From positions 1,106,591 to 1,170,590 of the forward strand of contig NW_003526945.1 of the NCBI RefSeq assembly GCF_000181795.1: a stretch of 64,000 nt of DNA, given 5' to 3'. Source of the DNA: Trichinella spiralis. Its lineage: Eukaryota. Position 1 is the stretch's first letter. Every line of letters begins with the position of its first letter. This document shows, piece by piece, positions 25,701 to 38,100 of the stretch. The translations under genes and the position numbers were made by a program. Below the pieces are notes generated by a model that worked only from the letters and a program-made list of their open reading frames with translations, did not search any database and was not told where the DNA came from.

Positions 25701-28700
25701 TGAAGAAAAAGCAACCACCACAACGATGATGATGGAAAAATAATTTCAAAAAAGAAAAATACAAACAAACAAAACATTACCTGCAATTCGGCTAGAGAAT
25801 GGTGTGTGTTTTCCAACTTTGCATTGCCAGTCGATGAAAGCAGTTGGATTTCATTTTCCCAATCCTCAACTTTTCCCATCAATCGTCGTTCAAGTCTATC
25901 CACACTTATAACCAAATCCAAAGAATCGTTAAAATGACGAGCTCTAACAAAGCAAACGAACAGTATAAATTAAAGGGATAGTTGAAATGAACACGACAAA
26001 ATTGTCTTTTTAATAAATAAGCAAAATCCAAAAAAAAAAAATATATATATATACTTCTGCCTGGATTTCAGCAACAAGTTCTCAAGGGCGGTTTCCAATT
26101 CCCCTACTTCTGTTCCACAAGACTGGCCGAAAACATTCGCCTCCTCTTCACTGACAATTAACTTTTTGCCTCGCGCTATTATACTGGCAAATTCTGCTTG
26201 TTTTGCGAGAACATCATTGTAAAATTCATCATATGCAGATATCTGCTTTTTTAATTCATTCTGCAATGGTGACACGTTGTCAAATTCGCTAAGCTGGTCG
26301 AACATTCGTTTGGTCCAAACCAACGATTCAGTGATTGCCTGTTTAACTTGTCTTTCAGATTCAGTCACAAAATTCGACACATCATCTAAAATGAACAACA
26401 ACAACAATATATATATATACGGCGATAATTATATTTTAAAATAGCTAACCGAATTTTCCTTTCAAATTTGACTGTCTTCGAATCAAATTGTCCAATTTCA
26501 ACTGAAGATATCCAGAAGCGGCACTGCTACAACATTGAACAATGTCACTGCTCTGGGCGGTGATGAATTCAACATCTTTGTTCAGGGTCACCATTTGATT
26601 TTGCAGTGACTAGAATAAAAACGCATAAATTATAGAAAATCAAAGCTGAGTGTTGTTTACAAAGAAATAAATATATTTTTGCTCAATCACAACTTACCAT
26701 CAACAGTCTGTGCACAACACCGGCACTTCGCTCGAACATCAGTCGATAAATCGAATCAAGTTCCTGTTCAATGTAGTCCATTTGAGCAGTAACAGATTCA
26801 ATACGACTGTCGACGCTATTTATTCTCCTTCTGCCATTTACCAAATTCAAATCCCTTTCGAGTTCATTACGAGAATGGACCAATTCCACAATTAAGCTGT
26901 CATCATTTCTGCAAATAACACATCAACAATGATAACAAACAGTAATATAATAATAATAATAATAACACAAACAGAACGTTCAACAGAAATGAAAATTTCT
27001 CAACTGACCTTTCTTCAGACTCAACTGACAGAGCAGTACTGGCATCATCTGTTGAACTACAACTATTGTCGTCGTCTTTCGAGCCACTGTTATTTGTTTC
27101 ATCGGCTTTAACACCGTCAGTTGTGCTTCTGTGGTCAACATTTTCTGCTACTGAATTATCTTCAGTGCCAAGAAAAACAGGACTAAATGGTGCACGATCC
27201 GGAACTACGGTCACCGTGTCGCACAAAACTTTCAAATGTTGTAGAGTGGAATTAAATTTTTCTTTCAAAATTCCACTATTTATATCGCCGACACAAATAC
27301 TGTAGTCAATGGACGATGATGACGGATCCGCCAAACGGCGAAGCACGTTCGTTTCCACGATCATACAATTGCAAACGTTGTTGCAAAACGCTTCATTCCC
27401 AATAAGCGTCTGCAGCTCCGGAAGCATCACCGCGTTCGCTTTCGTATATTCTTGCTGAAATACAATGGTTTAGAAAAAAACGATTAATATTAAAAAAAAT
27501 TGTAGCCTACATCAATCTGAGTGCGCATTTCACGCAACAAATCGGCGTCATTTTCTACCTTTTCAATCATACTTTGCACTGCTGTCAACCATAGAGAAAA
27601 CTGTTCACTTTTGAAAATTGCATCAGTCAGTACAAGCCTAGCTTGGTCAATTCTGAATAAATGGAAATATTTTTCTTGAACAAAGGAAAACAACAAAAAA
27701 TTTTTTCAACAAACTTTTCAATCAACACGATCAACTTTGTGCTAAAAGATGCCTGCTGAGCAAGCTGATCTTGCAAACTCTGCAATTTGTGAAAACCATC
27801 CGGGGACAAATAATGCGCACAATCCACTTGGAATGTTTTGGACGATGTTTCCAATCGTTCAGCTTTTGCAACCATACCAGACAATTCAAACTTCGCGTTC
27901 TAAATTATTTATAAGGAAAACAAAAAAAAACCAAGTTAATTCTGCAAAATAAAAAGTAATTATGTCCTCACCCATATGAATTCGCTCAATGGTTTCAAAC
28001 CATCGGAAGTGAGTTGCTGCTGCGATATCTGCTCGATTGTTTTATCGTGAATTTGTTTAAACAAAATAACCATCTGTTCGGCTTCATTTATCCAGGCATC
28101 TATTTTGCTCTTCATACCTTCCTGAAAATAAAAATTCAATTTAAACCGTCCATAATAGAAGAAAATAAATAAAAAGTGCAATTTTCTATATATATATATA
28201 TGGATAAAAGTTGTTGTTGTTGTTGTTGTTATTATTATTATATAAAACGTCGGTCGACATCATCAGGACAGGCAGATAGATAGCTGTAAAATTATTTCAC
28301 TTACAACGACGAAATGTATCAGGCGTGAAGAATGGAATTTATTATTATGATCATCATCATCATCATGATCATTTGCATTTCTACTTGTAAATACTGCAAA
28401 ACAGCTGAGCTTGAGATGTTTTCTTAAAAGAAAACAGTATGTAATTTCTATCAATAAATATCTGAAAGAATCAAAAAGGAATTGCTGTTGATGACAGACA
28501 GCTCTAGCTGTTGAATGAATAATGACCATAATAATGATTTGCACGGTTGCATTTTTTGCTAAACTGTATGCGATAAAATAGATAAACCGTGCATAAATAA
28601 AACTGAATTGATAATCAGCAATTCAATTCAAATTCATCATAGTTTACATCGCATCACTGATGACAGAAATTTTCACTGCTGTCAATGGATGCACATCATA

Positions 28701-29079
28701 TTTTCTGTGTGCACATGTGTGTGCAGCACGCACATGCACACCACATCCCATTTAAATCTGACAAAACATACAACAATACTTCTTTAACTACCCACCACCA
28801 TCATATCACATACGCAACTACCACTGTTGTCACTACTGTCACATAGAGTTTAACTAAACTATATAAATTGATAAAAATAAATATCTGATTTTGGCAGCCA
28901 GGTCATTTTCAAACAAAAAAATCACAGGGCAAAACTGGCGAGTTAAAACAATAGTTGAAAAATTATAAGAATAATTGAAATTGAAACAAAAGAGAGAAGA
29001 AGGTAGTAGCGGTAGCAGTAGTAGTCACAGCAGCAGCAGCAGCAGCAGCAACAGCAACAGCAGCGGCAGCGGCAGCAGT

Positions 29080-29111
<32 letters not shown>

Positions 29112-32100
29112 CAGCAGCAGCAGCAACGGCAGTAACAACAACAGAATAAAAGAAGAAGAAGAAGAAGAAGAAGAAGAAGAAAAGGAAGAGGAGTAGGAGC
29201 CGGAGGAGGATGAAGAAGAAGAAGAAATGTAGGAGGAGGAGCAGGAGCAGAAGTTGCAAAAAAATACCGATAATAACAGCGGTGGTAGGTGCAGCAAACA
29301 AAGAAGAAGAAGAAGATAAAATAAATATACGCGCACTTTTTAAAAATCAAAATGGCAGCAATTGTCTCAAGTTGCAATTTTTACTGCGCGCCTATGATCA
29401 CTGTACGCTGTCGCTTGCGCTAATTTGCTCGCAGAGAAGAAAAAACCCCCACACATACATACACCCCCCAAAAAGAAAAAACCATTCCGATGAAGAAAGA
29501 AGAAGATGAAGAAGATGAATATTCCCCATGTCATTATATATATATCTATATATCTATATAGATATATTATTGTTCACAGCGTGCCAGAATCGTCGTAATG
29601 CAATCGACGCACGCCGGTAATCGGCAAATCCCCATCCGACGCACGCAGTTCAGACGGCTGGCCACGCCAGCTCACTTCCCTGGTATAAACCAACAAACCA
29701 GGTGTTGCAGCAGTACTGATATCCGGTCGTTCACCGGTTCGTTGTTCAATTATCTTATTCAACGACGCCATCATGGCGTTGCCGGCAGCAGGCGACAGCC
29801 AACGCAAATGCACAGCCTTCGGTATGGAATAGTGCTGACCAGAGTTGGGATCGATCAGTTCGCCGGACACCAGATCCAACAAGCCCGATTCGACCGCATC
29901 CTCCAGTGTTTGACTCTGGCTAGTGGCCGGATTGAACACTTCCCATTCAGAGGGTTTCAAATTTTGTCTGCGCAGTTCGTCGAAAAAGCGACTCTGCAAC
30001 AAACTGGCATCTTCTTTAGTTTTCATTTGTTCACCCTGTTGCAACTGTGCCGATGACAATCTTGAAGACGGTGAAGCACAACCAGCAGCAGCAGCGGCGG
30101 CGGCAGCGGCAGCGGCAGTGGTGATGTCCGCATCGGAAGTAACGTCAGTTTTGCCAGCTAGTGTTGATGATAGAGATATTGGAGTAGTTGTAGTAGTTGT
30201 GGTGGTTTGGCGTAGAGTTCTATGATATTCTGAAGAAGAGGCAAGATCTGCCGCCGCATTAGGACCACTACTACTAGCAGCAGCAGCACCAGCACCAGCA
30301 CCAGCACCACCAGCACCACCACCACCACCACTGGACACCGGTTCCACTGCAAATCGATAACCTTCCGCTTCTCGACGTTTGATAGCTTCGGCGGCGGCTT
30401 GGCCGGCCAGCATGGGACTGGCGATCAGGGCCAACAAACCGACACGGGCAGCGTCTTTCAAACTGACACGAGCCGCGGTTTTCGAGTCGACAAATTTGCC
30501 GCTATTGTCGATTCGGCCTTTGAGCAGCGCTTCGTTCAACGTCAACGCTCGGCCGGCGGTCACGTCGTAGATCAACGAGTCGCCGTCGATGATTCCGCGT
30601 TCGATCGCCTGCTTGAATGTCAAATACAGGCCAGTGCGACGGTCCCGTATCCGGCCCGAATGCTCGTCGAACTCGTCCGATTCGAGCACGTTGCTCAAGT
30701 TGCGCTCGTCGGCACCTTCGAGCGCTTCGACGCTGCCCGTGTCGATGTAGCCTTGCTGGAGGGCGGCGGCGATGGTCAACTTCTGCCCAGAGTCGGGGTC
30801 GGTGAATTGGTTGGCCGCCACGTCGATAAGACCCTGGCCGAGAGCTTCGGCGAAAGTCCACTTGTCGACTCGGCGCATCAGGCGGCCCAGTTCGCGTGGA
30901 AATTTCCCTTCCCGAACCGCGTTGGCGATCGGCACCGTCGCCCCGCGATCGACGACCACGGTCCTGGCGTGCGGGTCGACCAGACCGACGCGCACCGCGT
31001 CCAACAGACACAACATCTCTTCGCCGGCAGCCGTTCGACGGTAGTCACGAATCAGCGGCTGCAAAATCAACTTGTACGTCCCTTCGTCGACCAGGCCGTG
31101 CCCGCTCGCCTCTTCCAAAGACAACACCTCGCCGGTGATCGGGTTGCAGTAGGTCCGGGCCCGGGCGTCGATCAAACCTTCGATCAACGCCCGACTGAGC
31201 GGAACCGCGTAACCTTTGCGCGGGTCGTAGACGCCTTCCATGACCAAGCTCGCGTAGACCGGCTTGACGATGCTCAGCCAAGTCAATCGTTCGTTGGAAT
31301 ACGGATTGCAAACTTCGCCAGTACGGGCGTTGATGATTTTCAACTCGATCGCACGCTTGGTGGAAATCCGTTCACCAGACACAGGGTGACAGACCCCCTT
31401 GGGCAACACTTCAGCCAAGGTGACGTCGATCAGGCCAACGTTGGCCGCCTGAGCCAAGTCCATACTACTACTATCCGGATGCCAGAGCACCAAATTGCCG
31501 ATGTCGATCAGTCTCGACTTGATTGCGTCTTCCAAAGACAACCGTTCCCCAGTAGTCGGGTCGACCACACCCTTAGCCAAGGCGTGCGCCAAGTCGGACC
31601 GAAACACGGCGTAACTTTTGGTCAACTGTTTGCCTTTGCGATCGACGCTGGCCAAGCCGGCGCGCTGCGCTTCGGCCAGTGTCATCACGCGCCCGGTCCG
31701 CTTGTCCAGCACCTTGTCGATACCGACCAATTCGACGAACGGAGACAATTCGACCGACTGGACCTGAGCGGTGGATTTCACGCTAGTCTGAGCGCGTGTG
31801 GTGTACGGATCACCGTGCAGTTGGATAGTGAATTTCATCTTCGTCTCCGGATCCACATATTCCCCTTTTTCGACGCCCTGCTCGTCGCGTATCACTTTCA
31901 CCATCACCTGCTTGCCACCGATGTCTACCATCTCTTCACGTCCAGCAGCAGCAGCAGCAGCAACGGACGTTTTCGCCACATCGCCACCGGCTGTGGTCAA
32001 CGAGCCGAAAAATGTGCCCGAAGTTGCCAACAGCTGCTGCTCTTGGCTCCCGGCAGCCGAAGAACTGTAACGACGAGTGTCGGCTGAAGCAACCGGCTTC

Positions 32101-35100
32101 AACGTGCCTGATCGAATGGCCTGTATCAAACTGCTCGCCTCGCCGGTGCTTTTGTTCAACACTAGACCGCGGCTCAAGTTGACCACGCGCTCAGCGACCG
32201 CTTCGGCGAAGCTCATCTCCCGGCCACTGGCCGGGTCCAGCACGCGGATCGACGCCGGGTCGATCACACCGCTCGCCACAGCGTCGTGCAACGACAAGGC
32301 CGTTCGACCGTCGGGGAAGCTGACCGTGCCGGCACTCAAGTCCAGCCGACCACAGGCGATGGCCGCTTCCAACGACTGCGGCACGACACCGCTGCAAATG
32401 ATGCCCTCTTGACAAGCCTGACGGAGATCGTACGTGCGACCAGACCGGCTATCGACAACCAGACCCCTGTCGGCGTCGATCAAGCCAACCTGAATCGCAT
32501 CCAACAAAGCCATCCGTTCACCAGTAGCCGGGTGACGTATTGAACACTCGTAAGGGTTGAAAAGACCTCTGATGATCGCTTGACGCAAAGACATCTGCTT
32601 CTTCGTGTCCGGATGCGTAAACAAACCGCTGGTCGAATCGTACCAGCCAAGATCGATAACTTTCTGCAGACTGTAGTCGACAAACGCCGCCGGACCTGCC
32701 AGCGCCGACTCTTTGTTCGAAACCACTCGGCGCGATTGCCTGCGAACACGAGTTTCGACGGTGTCGCGGGCGTACTGGGGCATGCCGAGCACGTAGAACA
32801 GCAGACCCTGCTTGGCTGCCTCTTGCAGCGAGCAAACTCTGGCGTCGCGCTTGTTGACGTACATCTTGCTGGTCGACTCGATCACACCCCACTTTTCCGC
32901 ATCGCTGAACGTCAGCTCACGTTCAGTCAGCGCGTCAACGACACGGAAATCCTCTTCGGCAACTTTGCCTCGGCGCAATGCTTCGTCCAGTGAAAACCGT
33001 TCGCCGGTCTGCTCGTCGACAACTTCACCAGTGGTCGAGTTGAACGACCAGCCCAGTTCCGACTCTTCGCGGGTGCTGGTGCCGGTAGGATTGAAGCTCA
33101 ACACCGCACCACCGCGACTAGCGCCGAGGCCAAACTGGATCACTTTGGTAGACTGCCTGGTGTCGGGCAGCGATTCCGGTTCGACAAGCACAAGGTCTGC
33201 GTCGATAGCCGCCTGCAAACTTCGTCGCTCCTTAGTCAACGGGTCCACGTGAAAGCCGGTCGGATCTAGCAAGCCCTGCTCAATCGCCTCGGCCGCGTTC
33301 AACGCGCCGCGACGTCCTCCGCGAACTTGCAAGTGACCGCTGTTCACAATGCCCAAATCAATCGCCTCTTCAAATGTTAACTTTCGGTCCACATCCGGCA
33401 CAGTCAACATGCCGGTGTTCAAGTCGAGCAGACCTTTACGCTGCGCGTCGTAAATGTGCATGCCTTCGACCGGAACCACCAGACGCCCGCCTTGACCGCG
33501 GCTCGTAATTGCTCTGTAGGCAGACACACCACTGCCTGCACCGCCGCCGACTGCAGTCGTTTCAGTGATCCGTTGACGTTTCACCGTGGTGACAGTCTCT
33601 TCGACGTGCTTATCAGTCGTGTCTTTCGGCGCTAACACTTGACTAGTTTCAGTCACCTCTTCAGATTGGGATTCCTGGATCGTCGGTCCTTTGTTGCCTT
33701 GGTCAGGCACGATCCACTGAGTCGACGTGTCAATGAAACCAAAATCTACCGCCTGTTGCAAAGTCATCTCGCGGCCATCTTCCACAACCGTCTGCTTCAA
33801 AGGATCAACTAGCCCTTGATGCAACGCCTCGGCTAGTGTCATTTTCAAGCCGGGCTGCGCGGCAAAGTCTCGGGCTCGACGAGGGGTACGTTTCCGAGCC
33901 GACGATCGGGACGATTTGCCGGAAGCTCCACCGGACGGCATCACCAATCCAGGATGGACGTTGAACAACGCCGACATCAGCAACGCACCGCGCAACGAAA
34001 TCAAGCCCGATTCGTATGCCTGTCGTGGACTAAAGTGCTGTTGGCGGCTATTCAACAGGACCGCCTTTTTCGAATCGATTACACCTCGAGCCACCGCTTC
34101 GAGAACGGTCAGCTCAGCGGTGGCGGTTGCTGATGTCGATCGAGAAGATTGATGATGGTGATCTTTTTTAATCAAACCGGACGGCCGATTCAAAACCGAC
34201 AATACTGCACTGTCGACAATTGAACAGTCCTGAGGAATTTCATCCAACATGTAACTGTCGTTGGTGGCTGTGTCGACCAGACGTCTGGACGATAATACAA
34301 TCACGCCGGCATCCAGTGCTTCGTTGAAGCTCAGCGTTCGATTCGCTTTGGTGTCTTTGATTCCTTTTATATCGAAAAAAGAATATCTCAACGGACTGAC
34401 AATCAGACTCTTGTTCACTGCTTCTTGGATGCTGATCGTGCGAAGAGGGTCATGTTGCACATACTCCCCAGTGGGCGTTAACAAGCCACGCTCCAAAGCG
34501 ACGGCGATCGAAACCACATCACCTTCGTCACTGTCAACAATGTGCGGCACGTCCGGCTCAAGAAGACCATCGGCTATAGCTTCTAACAATACCATCCGTC
34601 GTTTTGTGCCCGCGTCAACAAAACGCCCAGTTGAATCAATCAAACCGCGTGCGTTCACGTCAAATAATGTCAACGGTTGCTGTATTAGCTCCCGTTCGTA
34701 AGCTTCAGACAAGCTGATCGTCTGCCGGTGCTGTGTATCGGTGTAATTTCCCAGACGAGTGTTCAACACGTTGCGAAAGAGCGCATCTTCGACGGTGACA
34801 CGGCGTCGTTCGGCCGTATTCACCACTTCCCGATAATGCAAATTCACCAAGCCGGTCTTTTTGGAAACCGCATCACGCAAGCTGATCTTCTCACCAGTAA
34901 CTCGGTCGTCAAACACGCCCGTATTGGCGTCAATGAAACGCTGTTCGATACATTCGGTCAGCGCAATGCCGATGCCGGGTTGCGTTGTAGGCGACAACGT
35001 TACGTAACCGTTGCGCAGTGCTTCGGTCAGAGGTAGGGTTTCGCGTGAAAAGCGACCGATGAAAGTGCCGGTTTGCAAGTCGATCACCGCTTGTTCAATC

Positions 35101-38100
35101 GCCTGCTGCAAATGCAACGGCGGCAATTTCAATATACCCATTTTGATCAGCCGATGCACGTTGTCCATGGTGATCACACCCAATGTCGATGCGTCGAACA
35201 GTGACAACAGTTCACCAGTTCTGGGATTTTTCAACTGACGCAATTCTGGATCGTAAATACCACGCCTGATCGCCTCCATCAATGTGATCGATTCGCGTGT
35301 TTCAGGGTCATGAATGCCGTATTCCGAATTCAAGCATTCGGTCAGCGATTGAGAAACAAAGCCACGTCTGACCGCCTCTTCCAAGCTCATACGTGAACCG
35401 GAAGTAACGTCAAAAAATTCCCCTGATTTCAAGTCCAACACTCCTTGTCTAGCTGCTTCTACGAAAGTCAAAATTTCCCCCGTTTGCAAATGCTTCACCG
35501 CTTCTAGTTCGAAAAATTTCGTTCGAATTTCCGTCTCCTCAGCGTACATGATCATGTCATCTTCGTGTTCAGAAACTTTGACCACGCCAGCCAGATCACC
35601 AGTTTCCTCCAATTCACCAGCTTCCCCCCATTCCATTGCTTCACCAAATTGTCGTCCAGTCTTAATGTCCAGTTTGGGCAGCTGCCGACGCCGAGCTTCT
35701 TCCTCAGCTCTGCGCCGTGCCTCCTCTTCGGCCCTGCGCCGTGCCTCCTCTTCAGCTCTGCGCCTTGCCTCCTCGTCAGCTCTGCGTCGTGCCTCTTCGT
35801 CAGCTCTGCGCCGCGCTTCTTCGTCAGCCCTACGCCGCGCTTCTGCGTCAGCTCTACGCTGCGCTGCCTCTGCCTCGGCTCTGCGCCTTGCCTCTTCCTC
35901 AGCGCGACGCCGAGCTTCTTCTTCAGCACGCAATCTAGCCGCTGCTTCTTCCTCAGCCTGTTTAGCCCTTCGACGAGCTTCCTCCTCAGCTCGTCGCAGT
36001 TCATCTTCACGAGCCCTTTGCAAGCGCAGTCGCTCCGCCTCTTCTGCAGCGCGCCGCAGTGCCGCTTCTTGAGCTTTACGCCTAGCCTCCTCTTCCTCAG
36101 CTCTACGCCGAGCCTCCTCCTCAGCTCTACGCCTAGCCTCCTCCTCGGCTCTGCGCCTAGCTTCCGCCTCGGCTCTACGCCTAGCTTCCTCCTCGGCTCT
36201 ACGCCTAGCTTCTTCCTCAGCTCTACGCCTAGCTTCCTCCTCAGCTCTACGCCTAGCCTCCTCGTCAGCTCTACGGCGAGCTTCTTCTTCAGCTCTTCGA
36301 CGGGCTTCCGCTTCAGCTAAACGTCGAGCCTCTTCTTCAGCTCTGCGTCGCGCTTCTTCGGCTGCTCTGCGAGCTTCTTCTTGTTCACGCAGACGCCGCA
36401 GACGTTCCGCTTCCTCCTCAGCGGCTCTACGGCGCCTTTCTTCTTCCTCTTTAAGACGCCGAAGCCTTTCGGCTTCTTCCTCAGCTCTGCGGCGAGCCTC
36501 TTCTTCTGCCCGTCGGGCTGCTTCATCCTGAGCACGTTTTTGTCGCTCTTCCTCCTGCAAGCAGCACGCTAACATTGCGATCGTGATCTCGCAACTTCAC
36601 ATCCACCTATTTTCCGTAATGGCAGTTTTCTATTACCTTCATACAATCCTTCTATAGATAGACTACAAAAGCGTAACCAGTGGACTGAAATATAGCTGTG
36701 CACGTCACAATACTGCAGCCTTTTCTCTTTTTCTTTCTTCCTCGCTTTCTCATTCACTCATTCTCTCTTTTCTCTCTTGTCTCTTGTGCTTTCTCTCTCT
36801 CTCTCTCTTCCTTCCCCCACCCCGTTTTTCTAGCAACTCTCCAAACATGAGCGTGGTCGATAAATACAACTAATCATGATGATAGAGATAATTACACTGG
36901 AAACCTTCATTCAACTTGATTTCATTTGCACTCGATTTGCTTAAACCTGCCTGACCTTTGAAAACGAAAACATTTTCCATCCAGTCCGTTGCGACAACGC
37001 AAAATACGCATAAACCACCACAAAAAAGCAAACCGCCAACGCAAGTTATTAGCATTTGAGCGCATTCATGCAACCACCACTGACTACCGATGATTGCGGT
37101 AGTACTACTGATAATAACTATACTAATAATATTAATAGTGGTAGTAGTAGTAGCAGTAGTAGTAGTAGTACTAAAGGTGACCATGATTGATAATACTATA
37201 ATGGTACGTTTGCATGAGATAAAATAATAGTGCACAGGTGTAGAATTTCATATGAGCAGCCCACGCTCCAAACGTACGTGGCGCATGCAAAACAAAAATA
37301 ATTAAGCCCAGATGACCGGCACTGATCATGACACAAATTTAACATGTCAGAATCGTAAAGCGCCATTCTACGTATAAAATTTGCCCTGCACATAAATAAA
37401 CAAATACATATATATATTTGCTAACATAATATACCATAACACCGACGAAACTGAAAAGTAAAAGTTAATAAATAACATCGTCATCATCATCATCATCATC
37501 AACAACAACAACAACAACAACAACGGTAACAAAAAAGCAATAAAATTCATATAACTTCCCAATACCTGTGTCTATTTCAAATAAATGTTTTAAAAAAATG
37601 AATCGTGTAATAGCAAAAAAAGAAAAATAAAAAACAAGATTACGTGAGTAATCGTATCTTGCTATAGCCGCCGTTACTGGCACTGTCATAAATACTTTCA
37701 TTACGTCAAAGAATTCCATATATGAATATGAAAGCTAATAAGTGATCTCTAAATATCAGACATGCACAGCGCTTAATAAATACGGCGTTCTGTGCCATCT
37801 CACACTGTTCTCTCCTTCATGGATATATAATTATGACAAAACAGAATGTCAAACATTGTCCCACTACTGCATCATATATGCATACATTCGATAGGCAAAC
37901 TTTTCTACTTACCTCTCTCCTGCGGCGGTAGCTCTGCATCCAAACTTGAATAACATTACGTCGTTCCAATATAACAGATGCCAATTGTGAAAAGCGGCGA
38001 TTAAAATCCTCAAGGTCTTTTGCTACTTGTCGATGACCACTCATCGACGAATATGATCCAAAATTGAGTGTTGGATTTCTTTCCATTATTGAATCTCGAT

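Noticed and set aside
28943..29509. Poly-Ser/Leu/Ala/Cys ORFs on both strands
   Set aside because: Translations of trinucleotide microsatellites.
30399..32087. 562-aa plus-strand ORF (and other plus-strand ORFs across 29.6-36.5 kb)
   Set aside because: Antisense shadow of the GC-rich vab-10A exon, with no recognisable domain.
35685..36554. Regular 24-bp repeat as a CRISPR-like array
   Set aside because: No spacers, eukaryotic context, and the in-frame coding repeat shows synonymous variation.
36870..37719. ORFs in the intron before the A-specific exon
   Set aside because: Low-complexity microsatellite translations with no convincing splice pairing.
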